A stretch of DNA of 63,307 nt, counting the filler, from Reticulomyxa filosa (taxonomy: Eukaryota > Protista > Foraminifera): the NCBI GenBank assembly GCA_000512085.1. It is 19 parts of 19 records of this genome, joined end to end, with 100 filler letters (N's around TTAATTAATTAA, not from the genome) between each part and the next. Parts side by side here need not be neighbours in the genome. Positions count along the whole stretch, not along the records: positions 36,793 to 38,297 come from ASPP01001411.1; positions 38,398 to 40,249 come from ASPP01023880.1; positions 40,350 to 42,838 come from ASPP01034890.1; positions 42,939 to 45,180 come from ASPP01005972.1; positions 45,281 to 49,492 come from ASPP01048766.1; positions 49,593 to 53,474 come from ASPP01012063.1; 13 more parts are not named here. One strand, 5' to 3'. This document shows, one piece after another, positions 36,795-50,932 of this stretch. The number at the start of each line of letters is the position of its first letter. Within the stretch, counting starts at the first letter, position 1. A program made the position numbers and the translations under genes. Below the pieces are notes generated by a model. That model saw nothing but the letters and a program-made list of their open reading frames with translations, was not told where the DNA came from and did not search any database.

Positions 36795-37692
36795 TGAATA
36801 GTCGGAAAATAGAATAAATCTTGTTATTCAACATTGGAATCGAATTTTAAAAATAAAATTAAGATGGATTAATGGTTTTAATAACATTATTATCAAATAT
36901 GTTAAGTAATAATTACATATAAAATGATTTCATATATACTTATACTTTTACATATTTTTAAATAGGTAAGAGATTTTGAATTATTAATGCTTTTAAAAGG
37001 ATATTACGATAAAGTTAGTAATATAAGATTTTCTGCAGATGGTCGTCATTTGATAAAACTATTCGACTATGGGATATTAATACCAACACTGAAATAATAA
37101 CATTTGAAAGTTATTCTAACGATATTTGTGATGTAAACTTTTCTCAAGATGGAAAATATATTGTATCATGTTCACAAGATAATATAATACAATTATGGGA
37201 TGTTCAATCTGGAAAAGAAATAAGATCATTATATTAGGACATATAAATGAGGTATGGAGTATAGAATTTTCACCATGTAATAAAATGATTTTATCAACAT
37301 CCAAAGATAACACAATTAATCTGTGGGGGGGGGGGATGTACAATTGGGTAAAAAAATTAAAACAATTTAAAGGACATTCTGGTGGTGTAGCACATGCAAA
37401 ATTTTCACCAGATGGTAAATTTATTGCATCGTGTTCAGCAGATAATACAATTCGAATATGGAATATTGAAAGGACATACAAATGCAGTGTATGATATAAA
37501 ATATTTTCAAGATGGTCAAACAATTGTATCGTGCTCAAATGATAACGATAACACAATTCGATTATGGAACGTAGAATTAGGAACAAGCATACAAATATTG
37601 AAACAAAATAATTGTATGTGTTTGGATGTTTCTCAAAAAATGGTAATATAATCGCAGCGGGTTCTATAAAAGGTGAAATTCGAATTTTGAGA
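36795..37692 (+). pseudogene. WD40-repeat gene, multiply frameshifted
   Basis: GHINEVWSIEFSP, GHSGGVAHAKFSPDGKFIASCSADNTIRIW and GHTNAVYDIKY..DGQTIVSCS..NTIRLW fall in different frames. Confidence 0.88.
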
Positions 37693-39113
37693 TGATTAAT
37701 ATTTTTTGTTTAAAAATATGGTATTCGTTTTGAATTTAATTAGTGTGTGATTTTACAAGAAACATTTTGATCAAATTACAAATTTGAGTTCAACAAATTG
37801 TTTTTCAATATTTTATTTTTCTTTTTGCTTATCAAAGCTTTTAGTCTTTATTTGCTACAGCTTAGAGAGTCGGCGTGATGTCAGAAAAATAATTTCATTT
37901 TTAATATAAAAAAAGATTACATTATGATTTTTTTTTATCTATTATTTAAACCAAACAAAAAAGTTTAATTGAATCCATACCCAAAACAGATATTGACACC
38001 AAAGAAAAGTCAACAAAATGGTAAAAATAATGATTTTTTCAAACTGTACAAAAAAAAATCTTAATAAATTAGCATTTTCGTTGCGTTATATTTTATAAAT
38101 AGCCAGTACAAAGATTCATAGATATTTATTGCATAATTTGTTATTTGTTTTGATTGTTAACCTTTTTTTATATACATATATATTTTAATTTTTATTTTAT
38201 TTGTCTTCATAATTTCTTGCCTTTGTGATGATAATGAATAATAATCATTAGTTAGTAAAGTATTATATTTAATAAATTGAATATATTTAAATCAAATNNN
38301 NNNNNNNNNNNNNNNNNNNNNNNNNNNNNNNNNNNNNNNNNTTAATTAATTAANNNNNNNNNNNNNNNNNNNNNNNNNNNNNNNNNNNNNNNNNNNNATT
38401 ATAGAAAAAGCGTTGCGATAAGAATTTTAAAAACCCAGACGTTTGCAGTACAAAAAACAAGCATTAGAAATTGGTTTTTCTACTTTTTGGCCGCAATTTC
38501 GATTTCAAGGATGATTATACTTCATTTTAAAAAAAAAAACAAAAGCCGCAGACACAAAGAATTGATGATTTGGTATATGTCATTCAATATTTTTGTGTGA
38601 CACTTTACCTTTTCTAAAAAAAAAATCTTTCTTTTTGTCTTTTTAAAGTGGAGTGTTCATTTTTTGTATCGATTTGTCCCAAAGATTTCTTTTTTCTAAT
38701 TTTCTAATTGCAAACTGCAAATTGTGTTGAAACTATTTTCCTAAAGGGGACCGAATTCTGCCATCAATTCGTTTTTTTTGGTTAAAAAAATAATTGAATT
38801 TTTTATAACGTGATCATTATGCATTAAAAGCTAAGAGCACTCAACATTTTTGTGTTGGAAAAAAAGACTATTTAAAGAGCAGAATTAGTTTCGTGCATGT
38901 ATTAAAGATCACAACTGTATGCTTTCTTTTTTGGTGTTGCGAAAATGTTTGGATAATAATTCAAAACCATTCACATTTGTTTTTTAAAATTTTTAAAATT
39001 TTTTTAAAACAAATAGTAAGGCTTTTGCAAAAAAAAAAAGAATAAAGTTGAAGAGAGGTCATAAATTCACAATGATTGATTGATATGTATTGCAGAGCAA
39101 AAAAAAATTACAT

Positions 39114-40209
39114 TTAACCTCTCATGCCAACATGTCCCATATTGTATCCTCCATTTTTTCTAGTGTAAACCCATAAGATGGCATAGCATCCCATTGCCAT
39201 GATGCTCAGTCCAATCCAAGAAGGAAGAAAAGCCAAATATCGGAACCACTTTTGTGGATGTTCATGTGGTTTACGTAACGAATTGAAGCACAAAAATGCG
39301 CCTGTACCTGCAATTAAATCTGTGCAAGCAGTGATGAAGGCAGAGAGCACAAACTTAGCCAACAACGTTCATAAACATTATATATATGCATATATATGTA
39401 TATGTGCATATAAAAAAATGATATGAAAGAGATTCAAAACTGAGACCGCCCAGGATGTAGCCTTCCAAAGCATATTGATATCGACCTCCACCGCTAATGT
39501 AGCTGCCAACGTCAGAGCCACTTCCTTTGAAAGGAACTTCCCGAATGTAGCTGAACATGCCACCACCCAAGACGAACCCATATACCAGCAAGGACACAGC
39601 AGCGTATATCAGCATATGTTTCCGCCATAGATTGAAAAAAGCCACCGTCAAGATAACAAGAGGGATGCCAGCAAACACATATTGCATATCCGGCCATTCA
39701 AACTTACGCGCGAATGACAATGGGACTTTGGAAACTTGGGATATCCAATTTCCAATATCTTCCGCCTGTACATGTAAAAATAACAATAAATAATAATAAA
39801 GAAATAAACAAGTAAATATACATATATGCATATATGTATATGCATATATGTATATACTATAATTATTATCAACAATTATCCTCGCAAAAAGAACATATAT
39901 GCCTTAAAAAAAAATGGGTATGACATATATATATAAATTACAAAACTTGTTTGCCGTGAGAAAAAAAGTACTGATATTTAGTGCCGATGACTTTGAAGAA
40001 TTTGGTCAAAGGTATTTCGCGACGAGATTTGGTGGGTGGAATCAAGACAATGGTCGGCGCGGTTGACATTCCAATCTTTCTGAAAATGTCACGGTTGTCC
40101 AAAAAATCGACTTCTGCCACAAACACATTCGATGGGTCGTCGATTTGGATTGAAGTCTTTCTTTGCTCTTCGATTCTTCCTGCCAATAACTCAAATGCTG
40201 GATTTAACT

Positions 40210-40212
<3 letters not shown>
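39114..40212 (-). CDS. OST3: Oligosaccharyltransferase subunit OST3/OST6 (TUSC3/MAGT1-like), spliced, 5' incomplete
   Basis: VAEVDFLDNRDIFRKIGMSTAPT (thioredoxin-like), GGMFSYIREVPF...YISGGGRYQYALEGYI and C-terminal RKNGGY. Confidence 0.9.
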
Positions 40213-40249
<37 letters not shown>

Positions 40250-40349
40250 NNNNNNNNNNNNNNNNNNNNNNNNNNNNNNNNNNNNNNNNNNNNTTAATTA
40301 ATTAANNNNNNNNNNNNNNNNNNNNNNNNNNNNNNNNNNNNNNNNNNNN

Positions 40350-40535
40350 TTGATTTTCAATATTCGAATCCAATGTTGTACGATTACTTGAATTTCTTCT
40401 TCAGACTGTTTGAGTCACAAATTATATGAGACAAATAAAACAATTTAAAAAACAACAGACATTCTGAAAGCTTGTAATAAAACTTACCAATGCTAGTTGT
40501 GTTGCAGTTTGCTTCTCATTGCTGAGAGTTGTCAT
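40350..40535 (-). CDS. N-terminal exons of a WD40-family gene (same family as 36795)
   Basis: MTTLSNEKQTATQLAL, intron, then EEEIQVIVQHWIRILKI; matches VIQHWNRILKIK near 36820. Confidence 0.55.
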
Positions 40536-42938
40536 TTTGTTTTTTTTGCTTAAGATCGCTTTTGATGATGTAAAATGGAAGATATTGAACTTTTTTCCTT
40601 TCAAGGGCAATGAAAGGGGTTCAAAAATATTTTTGGAAATATGAAAAATGAATTTTAACAATACATTTATTTTTTTTTCAATGAAGATAAAAAAGAACTT
40701 GTCCAAAACTGAGTATACTCCTACATCACAATTTTTTTTTTTCAAAAGATTTTCAACAAAAACTTTGAAAACAGTTGTTCAACTTTTTTTGTAGTTTTAG
40801 AGAATGTTTGAAAACAAAAAAGGAACTTTGATGTTGACATAAAAAGTGTAATTTACCCAACTTTTATAAATTTAAATGTGTTTTGTTCCTTGTTTTTAAA
40901 TTGATTATTGCTTTGCTAAGCTTGAAGAGTAAAATTTGAACACTGACTTTGAAACATTAAAACTCGTTAAACATAAACGATATGTTTTCATGAATTACTT
41001 TGAATAGTTGAATATGTCTTTTTCTAAAGTTTGCTTTGATTGTGTCCAAAGATCATGCGAATTTTGAAGAAACTCAATTAAGTTCATTTTGTTTTGCGCA
41101 AACCACTCATTTACCGATTTGCATTTGTTGTATTTTGCGTTATCTTGTACAAGCTAATAGTTTTTATTATTATATATGAAATATGTAATGCTTTTAGCAT
41201 TTCATTAGATAATATTTCTTTATATGTTAGCTTTTGTTTCATCCAAAAGTATGACTTTTTTCCAATCATCTATAGTCCAATTTTGTGTTCACTAATAAAT
41301 TAAATATTTTTGCTATATATTCTTTTGCTGTCATAACAACTTTACGTTGAATCTTATCACAGATAGCACAAAGTTCAAATACCAAAAAAAGAATCTTATA
41401 AAGCATTATTTTAAGTGTACTATTATTTTACAAACTACTATATTTCATCATTAAACACAAAAAAATAAAAATAAATCTATTTGTCATAAAATCTTTCCAT
41501 TACTTAATAATACAAAGGAAAGCGATTGAGTGTGTATAGTCAAACATATTTGTTATTGACATATATTTCGTCTAGACACATCTTCACTACTTCATAAATT
41601 GCCTAACAAATATACCAAGTCACAGTTTGACAATAAGTACAACGATGAATCAACTTGGAGATCACGCATTAATTTGCCCTTTTGAAAAGAAGATAATCTT
41701 TCAACATGATTTAATGTATATTTTCTATGAATTGCGAAAATATTGGATAACAAGAAAATCTCAAGTCAAGGACATAGCTTATAGATCACTTAATATAGCA
41801 AGCCAAAAAAAAATACGACAATTTTTTATTCCAATTGTAAACAAAATTATTATTCATTTAGCAATCATTTTTTTATTTCTGTTGTAATCAATACGTTTCT
41901 TTTTCAAATAAACCTTCGATGTATTTAATTTAAAATCTCATTATAATTTTCAATTGTAAAATTTATTATTTATTTTTTCGACATTTATTCAAAACCTAAC
42001 AAGGCTGCGCAGAAAACCAAAAAAAAATTTTAACTTTAAAATTATGACATCTTTGTTGCTTTCAAATTTTTTTAAATTACAATTACTAACTCAAAAAAAT
42101 AAAACAAAAAAAATACACGTAAAAATAATACCAAAAAAATTAAATTTCATAAGCTACCAGAATTTTTAAAAACACAAAAAAAAAAATTTGCAAAGAAAAA
42201 ATAAAAAATTCAAAGAAATCAATAAGATAAATACTAATGTTATAGAAAATGATAAAAATATTTGTCCATTCCTTGAATAGGCTTGCCTTTTGAGAAAAAG
42301 TCTGTCGCCTAAAGAAGGCAGCAAAATCTTGCACCTCTTTCAGCAGTCTTTTGTTAAACTTTCACTTTTAAGTTTTAGTTCAATTGCTGCATCAGCAAAG
42401 AAAATTAAAAGCATGACAAAATTTTATCAAAAGATGCTTCATGTTCGTATAACAAATGATAATAAGGAATTTGTGAATTTGTATAATGTTCTCACGAAAA
42501 ATAAATTAACTTGATATTTTTGTAAGTTTTGAAAATTTGAAGTTTTATCAAACGACTTTGTAGTACTTTTGTCTCAGAAGTGTTGAATATCCGAAGATTT
42601 TGAATAGTTGTTGACCTTTCGAATCATCCACCTTTGTTCGAAGCTTTATTCGATGGTAATTTTTGTACAGAAAATTGTCGCTTGCTTTCTCAAAAATTGG
42701 ATATAAATTTAGCGTAGTAATAAATGTTTCTGTACGATACCAATAATGAAGTCTAGGGTTTGGTGACTTTTGTCATCCTTTTTCGTTGTAGTACATGTCA
42801 ACTATTTTTCTTTATACAGTAAGATAAAAAAGAAAGTTNNNNNNNNNNNNNNNNNNNNNNNNNNNNNNNNNNNNNNNNNNNNTTAATTAATTAANNNNNN
42901 NNNNNNNNNNNNNNNNNNNNNNNNNNNNNNNNNNNNNN

Positions 42939-43490
42939 GTATTCGTATTCGTGTTTGTATGCGTATTCGTACTTGTGTTCGTGGTCATCTTCGCTAATCA
43001 CATTTTCTTTCGAAATCGAGGTGAATGTGGGCGATGCACTCAAGGTCTCTTCTTTTTCTTCTTCTTCTTGTGTATGCATGCGCTTCCTCTTCGCGTGCGA
43101 TTCCTTGTTCGTCCTCCTTTTGCACCGTTGCCTCAATGCTGGTTGGGTCGCCATTCCTTGAGGATTAAACGGGGCTATGCTGTAGTACGCTTTTGAAGAT
43201 GCAGAAGACGAAGGAGGAGGAAGGGGAGGAAGGGAAGGAGCGATATATACAGCTGGTGTCGCAGACGTAGCAGTTGTCCACACATAGCCTCCTGGAGGAA
43301 CTTCATGCAGGCAGCCATGATGAGGGTACGTTGCTGGAATTAACACTGGCTGAACGGTCACTGCTTCGTCACCGTCAAGTGTGTGACTTTGCAAATACAA
43401 CGAGTCGTCACACCTCCTGGAATGTCCTTTTCGACCAGGGGATGTTGAGCGCTGTGGTTTGCATTTAGATATCTGCATCTCGCACGTCAA
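42939..43490 (-). CDS. Hypothetical Pro/Ser-rich protein fragment
   Basis: ORF open to the contig end; basic NLS-like stretch KRRTNKESHAKRKR. Confidence 0.4.
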
Positions 43491-43732
43491 ATTCTAAAAA
43501 GACGTTCAAAATTTTTGATAGCTGAGTTTCTACCGTGTGTTTTGTTTGAGACTTTCCTTTTTTTTTTGCCATTCAAGGACATTGTCTGTAAGATTGAAGT
43601 TTTGCCTATGCTGTCACTAGTGCTTGCCAAAGAAAGCTTCTGTCTCTCCTCTTCTTACAAAAAAAAATAAAAAATAGATCGTTGTTGTTTTACAACAGTT
43701 GTCTCTCCGACCTTTTTTAAAAAAAGGTAACC

Positions 43733-45142
43733 ATGTCCAAGTTTATCAAGTCACGTTTTTCAATTTTTGAGAGCTTCCGAAAGAAGAAAGATGCAAAATC
43801 ATCAAATACCACTTCAGAAAACACTGAAGGAGCTAAATTGACTGATCGAATGTCGTTTGCGACGCAATTGCACTCGCAAACAGAGGCAACACAAAAGAGT
43901 GAAAAAGGACCGGAAGTGGACGCAGGTAACCCCTCTGCAGAAACTGGAACGAAAGCAACAGAAATAAAAGTGGAGGAAAGCAATGTGAAGATAAACCTTG
44001 AAGCACTGCGACCAGGAGTGACGTATGTACCGAAAAAAAAGGAGCAAGAAGAACACCCAGGAACGGTAGGGCAAGAGCCCGACCCGGCACCGGCAAGAAA
44101 GACAAAACAAGGTATAATACGTTGTTGTCCAGCATTTGGAATTACGGATGTGTCATCCAATGAACCACAAACATAAAAAGAGTCGCATGAGCAGACCGAA
44201 CAGAACGTAAACAGTGCATCATCCAGTGTATCTTCACCCAATCCCTTTTTTGAAGTTAAACCACAAGCGCAGCAAACTACAAATGTGAATGATTATTCCA
44301 ATGTCCGAAAAGAGTTGAACAACACAAGCGAAGGCCAATCTATTATACCAACATTGGCGGATCACCAATCGCAACAACCATTGCAATCAACGCCTCACAT
44401 AAAACAAGACCTTCCAACTTCCCACGAAGAGGCTCAATCCACGTCTACAGCTGAGACCCTTTCTATCCTACTGCACACAAGTGAGCAGGAACAATTAAAG
44501 ACCACGACTCAATCGACCAATGATCACAACCACAATCCTACCACCTTGACAACAGAAAAAAATACACTGACTGTAATTGCTAGACAATAATTTATTATTA
44601 TGTTTTTTTTTTTTTTTTTGTTATCTTTTTTTTTTATACGTACAAACAAACTAAATAATAACAACAACAAAATTTTTTGAAATTTGGGAAATAAGGCTCA
44701 TTATACAAAAGAAATGGACAAAAATGAATCTCCGAAGCAACAAAGCGAAAATAGAATGGATGAGGCCAAGGTGATACAAAGTGACAAAAATGATAACAAT
44801 AGCAATAATGATAACGACGATGAAAATGACAATGTTAATGACGTATCTCCAATCCATTCAAATTTGTGCTCTTCTGTCGATACACATAAAGTACAATCGA
44901 CTACTCTTGTCAACGACGTGCACGATATGGACTCCGCACCAGTAACGACGGTCATAAAAACGCTCATAACCGATGTTTCGCCATTTGCACATTCCACTCC
45001 TTCTGACCAATCCACTGCCGATTCTCTCAACTATTCCATCACACTCAAACAACAAATCACTAATTTGACATTATTGCTGGAAGAAACAAGAAAATTATTA
45101 GCCGAAGTTAGAATGCTTTTTTCTGGAAAAAAAAAAATTTAA
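43733..45142 (+). CDS. Hypothetical disordered protein with an internal in-frame TAA (44174-44176)
   Basis: ORFs 43733 and 44285 share a frame and the stretch between them is open apart from one TAA. A further exon lies at about 44684. Confidence 0.5.
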
Positions 45143-45280
45143 AAAAATTAACATAACTTACACATTAAAAAAGCAAATAANNNNNNNNNNNNNNNNNNNN
45201 NNNNNNNNNNNNNNNNNNNNNNNNTTAATTAATTAANNNNNNNNNNNNNNNNNNNNNNNNNNNNNNNNNNNNNNNNNNNN

Positions 45281-46023
45281 ATCGTTTGAATTGTCGAAAA
45301 GAGCATCCTGTCAGCACGCACGCATCGCAATGTGGCATTGATGCGATGAAGAGTGAACCCTTTTGAATGAAGACAACAAAGCGCATTCGCGTGATAGCGG
45401 ATATTGAGAAAATGGCTTGTGAATGGATTCAAACAGTATCGTGTTCGAAAGGACGAATGAAAGATGAGCAGGCAGAGAGCATATGTGTGTTGTTATGGTT
45501 CATACGAATTAAGTGTTCACTTTGAGTCTTCGGATATGGACTTTGTTGTGCATTGGCCCGAGACAAATCAATCAATTCATCTTTTCCTCCCCCTTTGCGT
45601 CTGCACTAGGTATGTATTCCATTATATTTTGCTATCAGGATTATCGATCAACATATATATGTGTGTATATATTGAACAGATGTTGCGCCTTTATTTAAAA
45701 AATACAACGGTATATTCATTTCAAACTGACGTGGTTTAATAAGGGTGTGACACCAAACAAAGAAAGGATTGAACTCATATCCTGTAAGAATTTGATCACC
45801 ATCGATCATTTAAAGAAGAACTCAAAGATTGCGATCAATTGTGGGAACTGTCTCAAAATAAAAATACTTTGTTTTGGTCTGTGGGCATTTGCTACTCACT
45901 TTTGAAAACAACTGGCGTGGAAATGTGGGACCAATTGTTTGCACATGAAAGCTCTTTCATTGAAAAATATGGCTTGGACATATTTAGAAGAACCCATGCC
46001 ATCATTTCACAACCCTACCCCTA
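45281..46023 (+). pseudogene. Poly(A) polymerase-like degenerate gene
   Basis: IEKMACEWIQTVS, then in a shifted frame YGSYELSVHFESSDMDFVV (compare PAP FGSYRLGVH..gaDiD), and AIISQPYP (compare MPIITPAYP). Confidence 0.65.
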
Positions 46024-46904
46024 AGTTTGTCAAAGATGAAACTGGGCCATGAATGTGCTGTTTCCACTCCCCCCCTTTTTTATTTTCTTTCTACCAAATT
46101 TTAATTTGAGAAGGAACCTTGGGTGCAACAGCATTTGACAAAATCAATAATTTTTTTTGTTGTCGTTGTTGTGAAATTATCATACCTTTCTTTGCAATAT
46201 TTGAAAAGCATTATGTTTCCGGTGCTGTTTTATCAATTGTTTGCTTAGAAAACTTTTTCTTTACTTGTTCCTGTCGCTCTTAGAGAAGGCTTTTTTAATG
46301 GAAAAAAAAAGTCAGAACAAGACGAGACAGAAAAAAAAAGGGGAGGACAAGGAAACGGGGATGAATATCAACATACATTTGCTGGTGTCAACTTCTCATT
46401 CAATAAGCTTCAATATCCATTTATTCCCGAGAAGGTATTTAATGTAAGACATGAATGATAGGAGAAGAACAAAAAAAAGAATGATAGAGTATTGGTTTAT
46501 CTTTGGACAATATCGTACAAAACGGTTCACTTTTTTAAGAGAACAAACGCAAAATTGCAAACAGAAGGAATTAAATAAGGATAGCTTTTCCTCGTATCCA
46601 GTCTCAAAAGAAATGCTAACTGATCATTTTGTGTTTTCGATAAGAGATTGGAAATTGCACAGGCACCATACATTAGTAACATTAACATTGATACATCATG
46701 GCCTTGATCATTTCCTGTTTAATTTCTTGGACCTTGCCAATCAAGGGCTACATTTAATACCATACATTGGTTTGTTATCATTTTTATTTATTTTATTTTT
46801 CACTCTTTTTAATCTTGCCCTTCCTTGAACACAAACTTTTGACACTATCTTTTTTTCTCCCTCCCCCCCTCCATTCAATTCATTTAAAAAAAAAAGGTGG
46901 TCGA

Positions 46905-47538
46905 ATGTTTTGTTGGTTGGTGTACGTAAGTGGAGGAGTACTTGATAACTTGGCAGTGGTATTTCCATACCACTACCATTATGACAAAATCCGTGATAAA
47001 GTGCAAGTACTATCAAAAAATAACGAGCCCAAAATGTTAGAATATAGTTGGTGGACACAAGAACTGATTTCAAAAAAACGTGACTATAATAATCGCTTCA
47101 GCGATTGGTTATACAAAATTATTAATGACGACAAGGCTTTTGTCGGCCGCAGCAGCTGTATATATGCATTGTCTGGCTTTGATTTTCTATGGTCTACTAA
47201 AACAATGGTCTGCAAGGTCTATGTTATCAATCAAAATCGAATAGTTTTGTATCGTCCATTTTTTTGTATATATGCGTACGTACATATATGTATTTATACT
47301 TGTGTGAATTTTGTTATGTTTTTTTTGGCAGAAAAAAAGAAAGAGACATAATGTCTCTTTTTCCCGTCGTCTTTGCCGCGTGCTTTTTGGATATGTTTGC
47401 ATTGTATAAGGATTACAAAAGGCTACAACTTGAGGTGATCGCGGCCATGCGAGACTTAGGCCGTAAAATAAAATGGATCATGTGTTGCAAGCACACCTGA
47501 CAACATTGCTCATGTTGCACACCTTGGCGGCTATATAA
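46905..47538 (+). CDS. Hypothetical, possibly membrane-associated protein exons
   Basis: Two coding-like exons separated by an AT-rich intron; no firm family. Confidence 0.3.
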
Positions 47539-49681
47539 GTGGTGCCTGTTTCTATTTCCTTTGAAAATTGTTCTTATCAATCCCTGATGTCCAAAGTAGA
47601 AAATACGTAATCCAAACGCCGCCGTATTCGGTAAAAAAAACAACTTTAATTTTGGGGCTTGTTCTTGCGTCAAGGAGGAAGTGAATGGTTCCAACGATCT
47701 TCAAAATTAAAAGGAAGTGAAGCAAAAATTATATGACTCCAATTTTAATCTGTGTTTTTTTTGGTGTGGTGGAAGGCAATATTTCTTTGGTTGGAAAAGT
47801 GACCACCGAAATTTTATTTGAAAATTGAATAAATTTAGATATTTTCAATTTTTTTAAGAATTTGTGAAAGATCAACTAGTCTTGCAGTTATGAAATATTG
47901 ATTGTTTTTTTTAGCCCTAGGAAAAGTTGTTCGTGATTTGTGCTGTACAATTGGCCATAGATAGCCTCAGCAAAAACGCAAATATTTAAATTCAGAAATT
48001 TTATGCGAGAAACTTAATTTAATGAGAAAGATGTCATGTGCTGGAGACTTGGGAATCTTAAAATTATCATTCCAAAAATACAAACAAACTACAATTCCAA
48101 AAAGGCAGATACTTTTTGAGCAAAAATTTGAGTTAAGTCAAATATTGCAATCGAACATGCCATCACTTGGCGTTGCTTGAACTTTGCTGGTACCGCAACC
48201 CCGCAGCCACTTTCCAATTGCTCGACAGACGATATTGGCCCTATGTTATATACATGTGTATTCATCATACGTGTTTCAAAGGTTTTCCAATCACATTATA
48301 AAAAAATATTATAACTTGGATACATAGGTTGCGCAGCTCGCCACTTTCAATTAATCATGAGCACGATATGGACCTTCGCATTTTCCCTCCCCCCCCAAAT
48401 TATACGCTATGCAAAACATAATATCATGACCCATAATCGATGCGCGCCATTGTTCTATTGCCATTTCTGCTGGGAATTCACTTAAGCACCAATGACAATA
48501 TTGACAGCAACGACTTGTAATTTCCATTTGCATACCTTTGAATATCTATTCAAGCAACACATTCCACACATATAAATAAATAATACATATACGTATAAAG
48601 ATGTTATGTATTAAATATGTACACATAAAAAAAACTTTTGAAGCAATGGACCCAAGAACGAAATATAGCATCAGATAACAGGAAAGAGAGCAGACGCACA
48701 AATTACCAACCAAATACCTTGAGTTCTTGTGTTGGAACGCACACATTGATTTCAATGATAATGCTCCACCAAGTATTACACTATTTTGGACAATTGAACT
48801 GACTTGGAGGGGAAGCTTGTATCATTGAGATGCTCTTTCCCTAGAGCTACCATTTTTTTGAGTGGCGGTCTTGTCGATGGCAGACCCTTCCAATTTTCGA
48901 ATTTGAGTGATTCGGTTTTTGGAAACTGAAAAGTTCGTTCGTATCCACACCAGCGAGTTCTTTGATAGAGTTGACAGTAGAGAGAGGTGCTCGTCTGCTG
49001 ATACAAAATATTGCCATGTATCCACTCAGCAGGGCCCAGCGCCGCCAATACATTGCCAATATCCAAGCTTTTGTTTTGATTGTTGCTTTTTGTAATAAAT
49101 AACGCAACAACATTAATTCTTTTCCGCGCACACCAACAGCAGCGGCACCCAAATATTGGTGCACACAACACCAGTCCATTGACTTGAAGTAATTGACAAA
49201 TTAATAAAGGAAGAACATGGACTATGTTTCATCGTTGCTGTCGTCGTTGTCATCGTTGGTACTACTCTTGATATTGTCACACATCACCCAGTAGCTTTTA
49301 TTGATGGGGCGCACTACGTGAAATTAGTCCGTGTTAAGGACGCGCAAAGCAGCCGCTTGTGTGTGTGTGTGTGAATAGCAGTAACCAAAATAACATCGAC
49401 AACAGATCTTTTCTTTTCTTTTTAAAGCAAATCCAACGATGGAATGGCCTTGGAATAATCTTTTTCTATCATCTTCTTATTTGTTAATGATANNNNNNNN
49501 NNNNNNNNNNNNNNNNNNNNNNNNNNNNNNNNNNNNTTAATTAATTAANNNNNNNNNNNNNNNNNNNNNNNNNNNNNNNNNNNNNNNNNNNNTTTTTTTT
49601 TTTTTTTTGAAAAATTAAAAAAAAAAAAAAAAAAAAGTCCACTATTTTAAACAACTTCGTGGCGAAAAAGAGGAAAAAAAA

Positions 49682-49951
49682 TTGAGTGAAGACGAAGAAA
49701 CAGCAAACCGCACGGTGGAAGTTCCTTTGGGAGAACACGTGGATACGGGTGTGATAACGTGCATTTTGTGCAGTGACATAAGTGGATTGGAGATATTTGA
49801 TCGTCGGACGGAACAATATTTCAAGTGCGAGTTGCTGTATACCCCTGGCAAACATATGTTTGTCATCGCCGGGAGAAAGTTGGAACTCTTCAGCTTCAAA
49901 AAACTTATCGAATCAACCTGGCATCAAGTGGTTCGCTTACATTATTTATAA
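49682..49951 (+). CDS. 2OG-Fe(II) dioxygenase (IPNS-like), C-terminal exon
   Basis: LGEHVDTGVIT (HxD), SGLEIFD, PG...VIAG..LE and STWHQV (distal His). Confidence 0.82.
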   Translation: MSEDEETANRTVEVPLGEHVDTGVITCILCSDISGLEIFDRRTEQYFKCELLYTPGKHMFVIAGRKLELFSFKKLIESTWHQVVRLHYL

Positions 49952-50932
49952 CTATTTACTTACATTTTATTTTTTTTAATTTGAATAATGTTATAAACAC
50001 GTATGTCATGCTTATTGTTTTGTGGGCGTGTGCGCATGGGCTTTATAGAAAATCGACGTGAACACCGAAAGATATTCTTTATTGTATTTCTGGGAAATAC
50101 AAAAAGATCATTGACGTCTTTTCACTGTTTTCTTAGTGTCTTTTTTTCTTCCTTTTGTTTTTATTTTTGTTTTTGTTCTGTTGTTTTTTAAAACTTGTGT
50201 TGTCAAATCAAATTGACTTGTTCGCAATCACTTTACAATTCCGTGCTAGGCATCTTAAAATAAAACCTCACTATTTCTTTCGCATTGTATATTATTAATT
50301 CAAACAGTCACTTTTTTAAACTTAAACATTTTGCAACGCGCACGAGAAAAAATAAAATATCTTTCTTTTCAATATTGTAGTAAATGTTTCTAAATTACAA
50401 TTTGAAAATCATATAATTACAGAATTAAATTATTCTTGTCTTGATGCAACAAAGTGCAGTTAAAAGGGTTTTATAAAATGCAGTATGTAGAAAAAAACTA
50501 AGCATGTTACAGATAAAAAATTTATACAACTACAATGCAAACAAAACAGTGATACAAACACACATGATCTGACTCAAACTAATTTTAAGACGTACAACTA
50601 CCAACGCCAGCAACATAAGATAATGAATACGAGAATTTTGAGTCAAAATATAGTTAAGTAAAGATAATTCGTAGAAAATTTCTAAAACGATTTGCAATTT
50701 TCACACTACAATAATACCACGAACGCTGCAATATCTTCAACTATTTGCTGTCGTTACTGTATCAGTTTGTTAACTACAATGATGCAAAAGAAAGTTTACA
50801 CATAAAATGGCAAATCATACAATTGATTTTCTCCAATAAGAAACAACATTACAAAATTTACAAAAATTAATAGATACAATTGTGAAATATTGAATAAACA
50901 AAAAATAAATGATTTGTTAAAAAAATTTTAAT

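Noticed and set aside
40540-42838. Short ORFs in AT-rich DNA
   Set aside because: F/I/K/L-rich translations typical of non-coding AT-rich sequence.
27940-44180. Stop-codon reassignment suggested by in-frame TGA/TAA
   Set aside because: Well-supported genes end normally in TGA (AMPK beta, PDZ gene) or TAA (Cks1), and conserved exons contain no internal stops. Decay or sequencing error explains the cases.
48150-49490. Minus-strand coding-like region with GGALSL/LCAP hints of an alpha/beta hydrolase
   Set aside because: The motif order is inconsistent and the frames are broken; no assignment can be supported.
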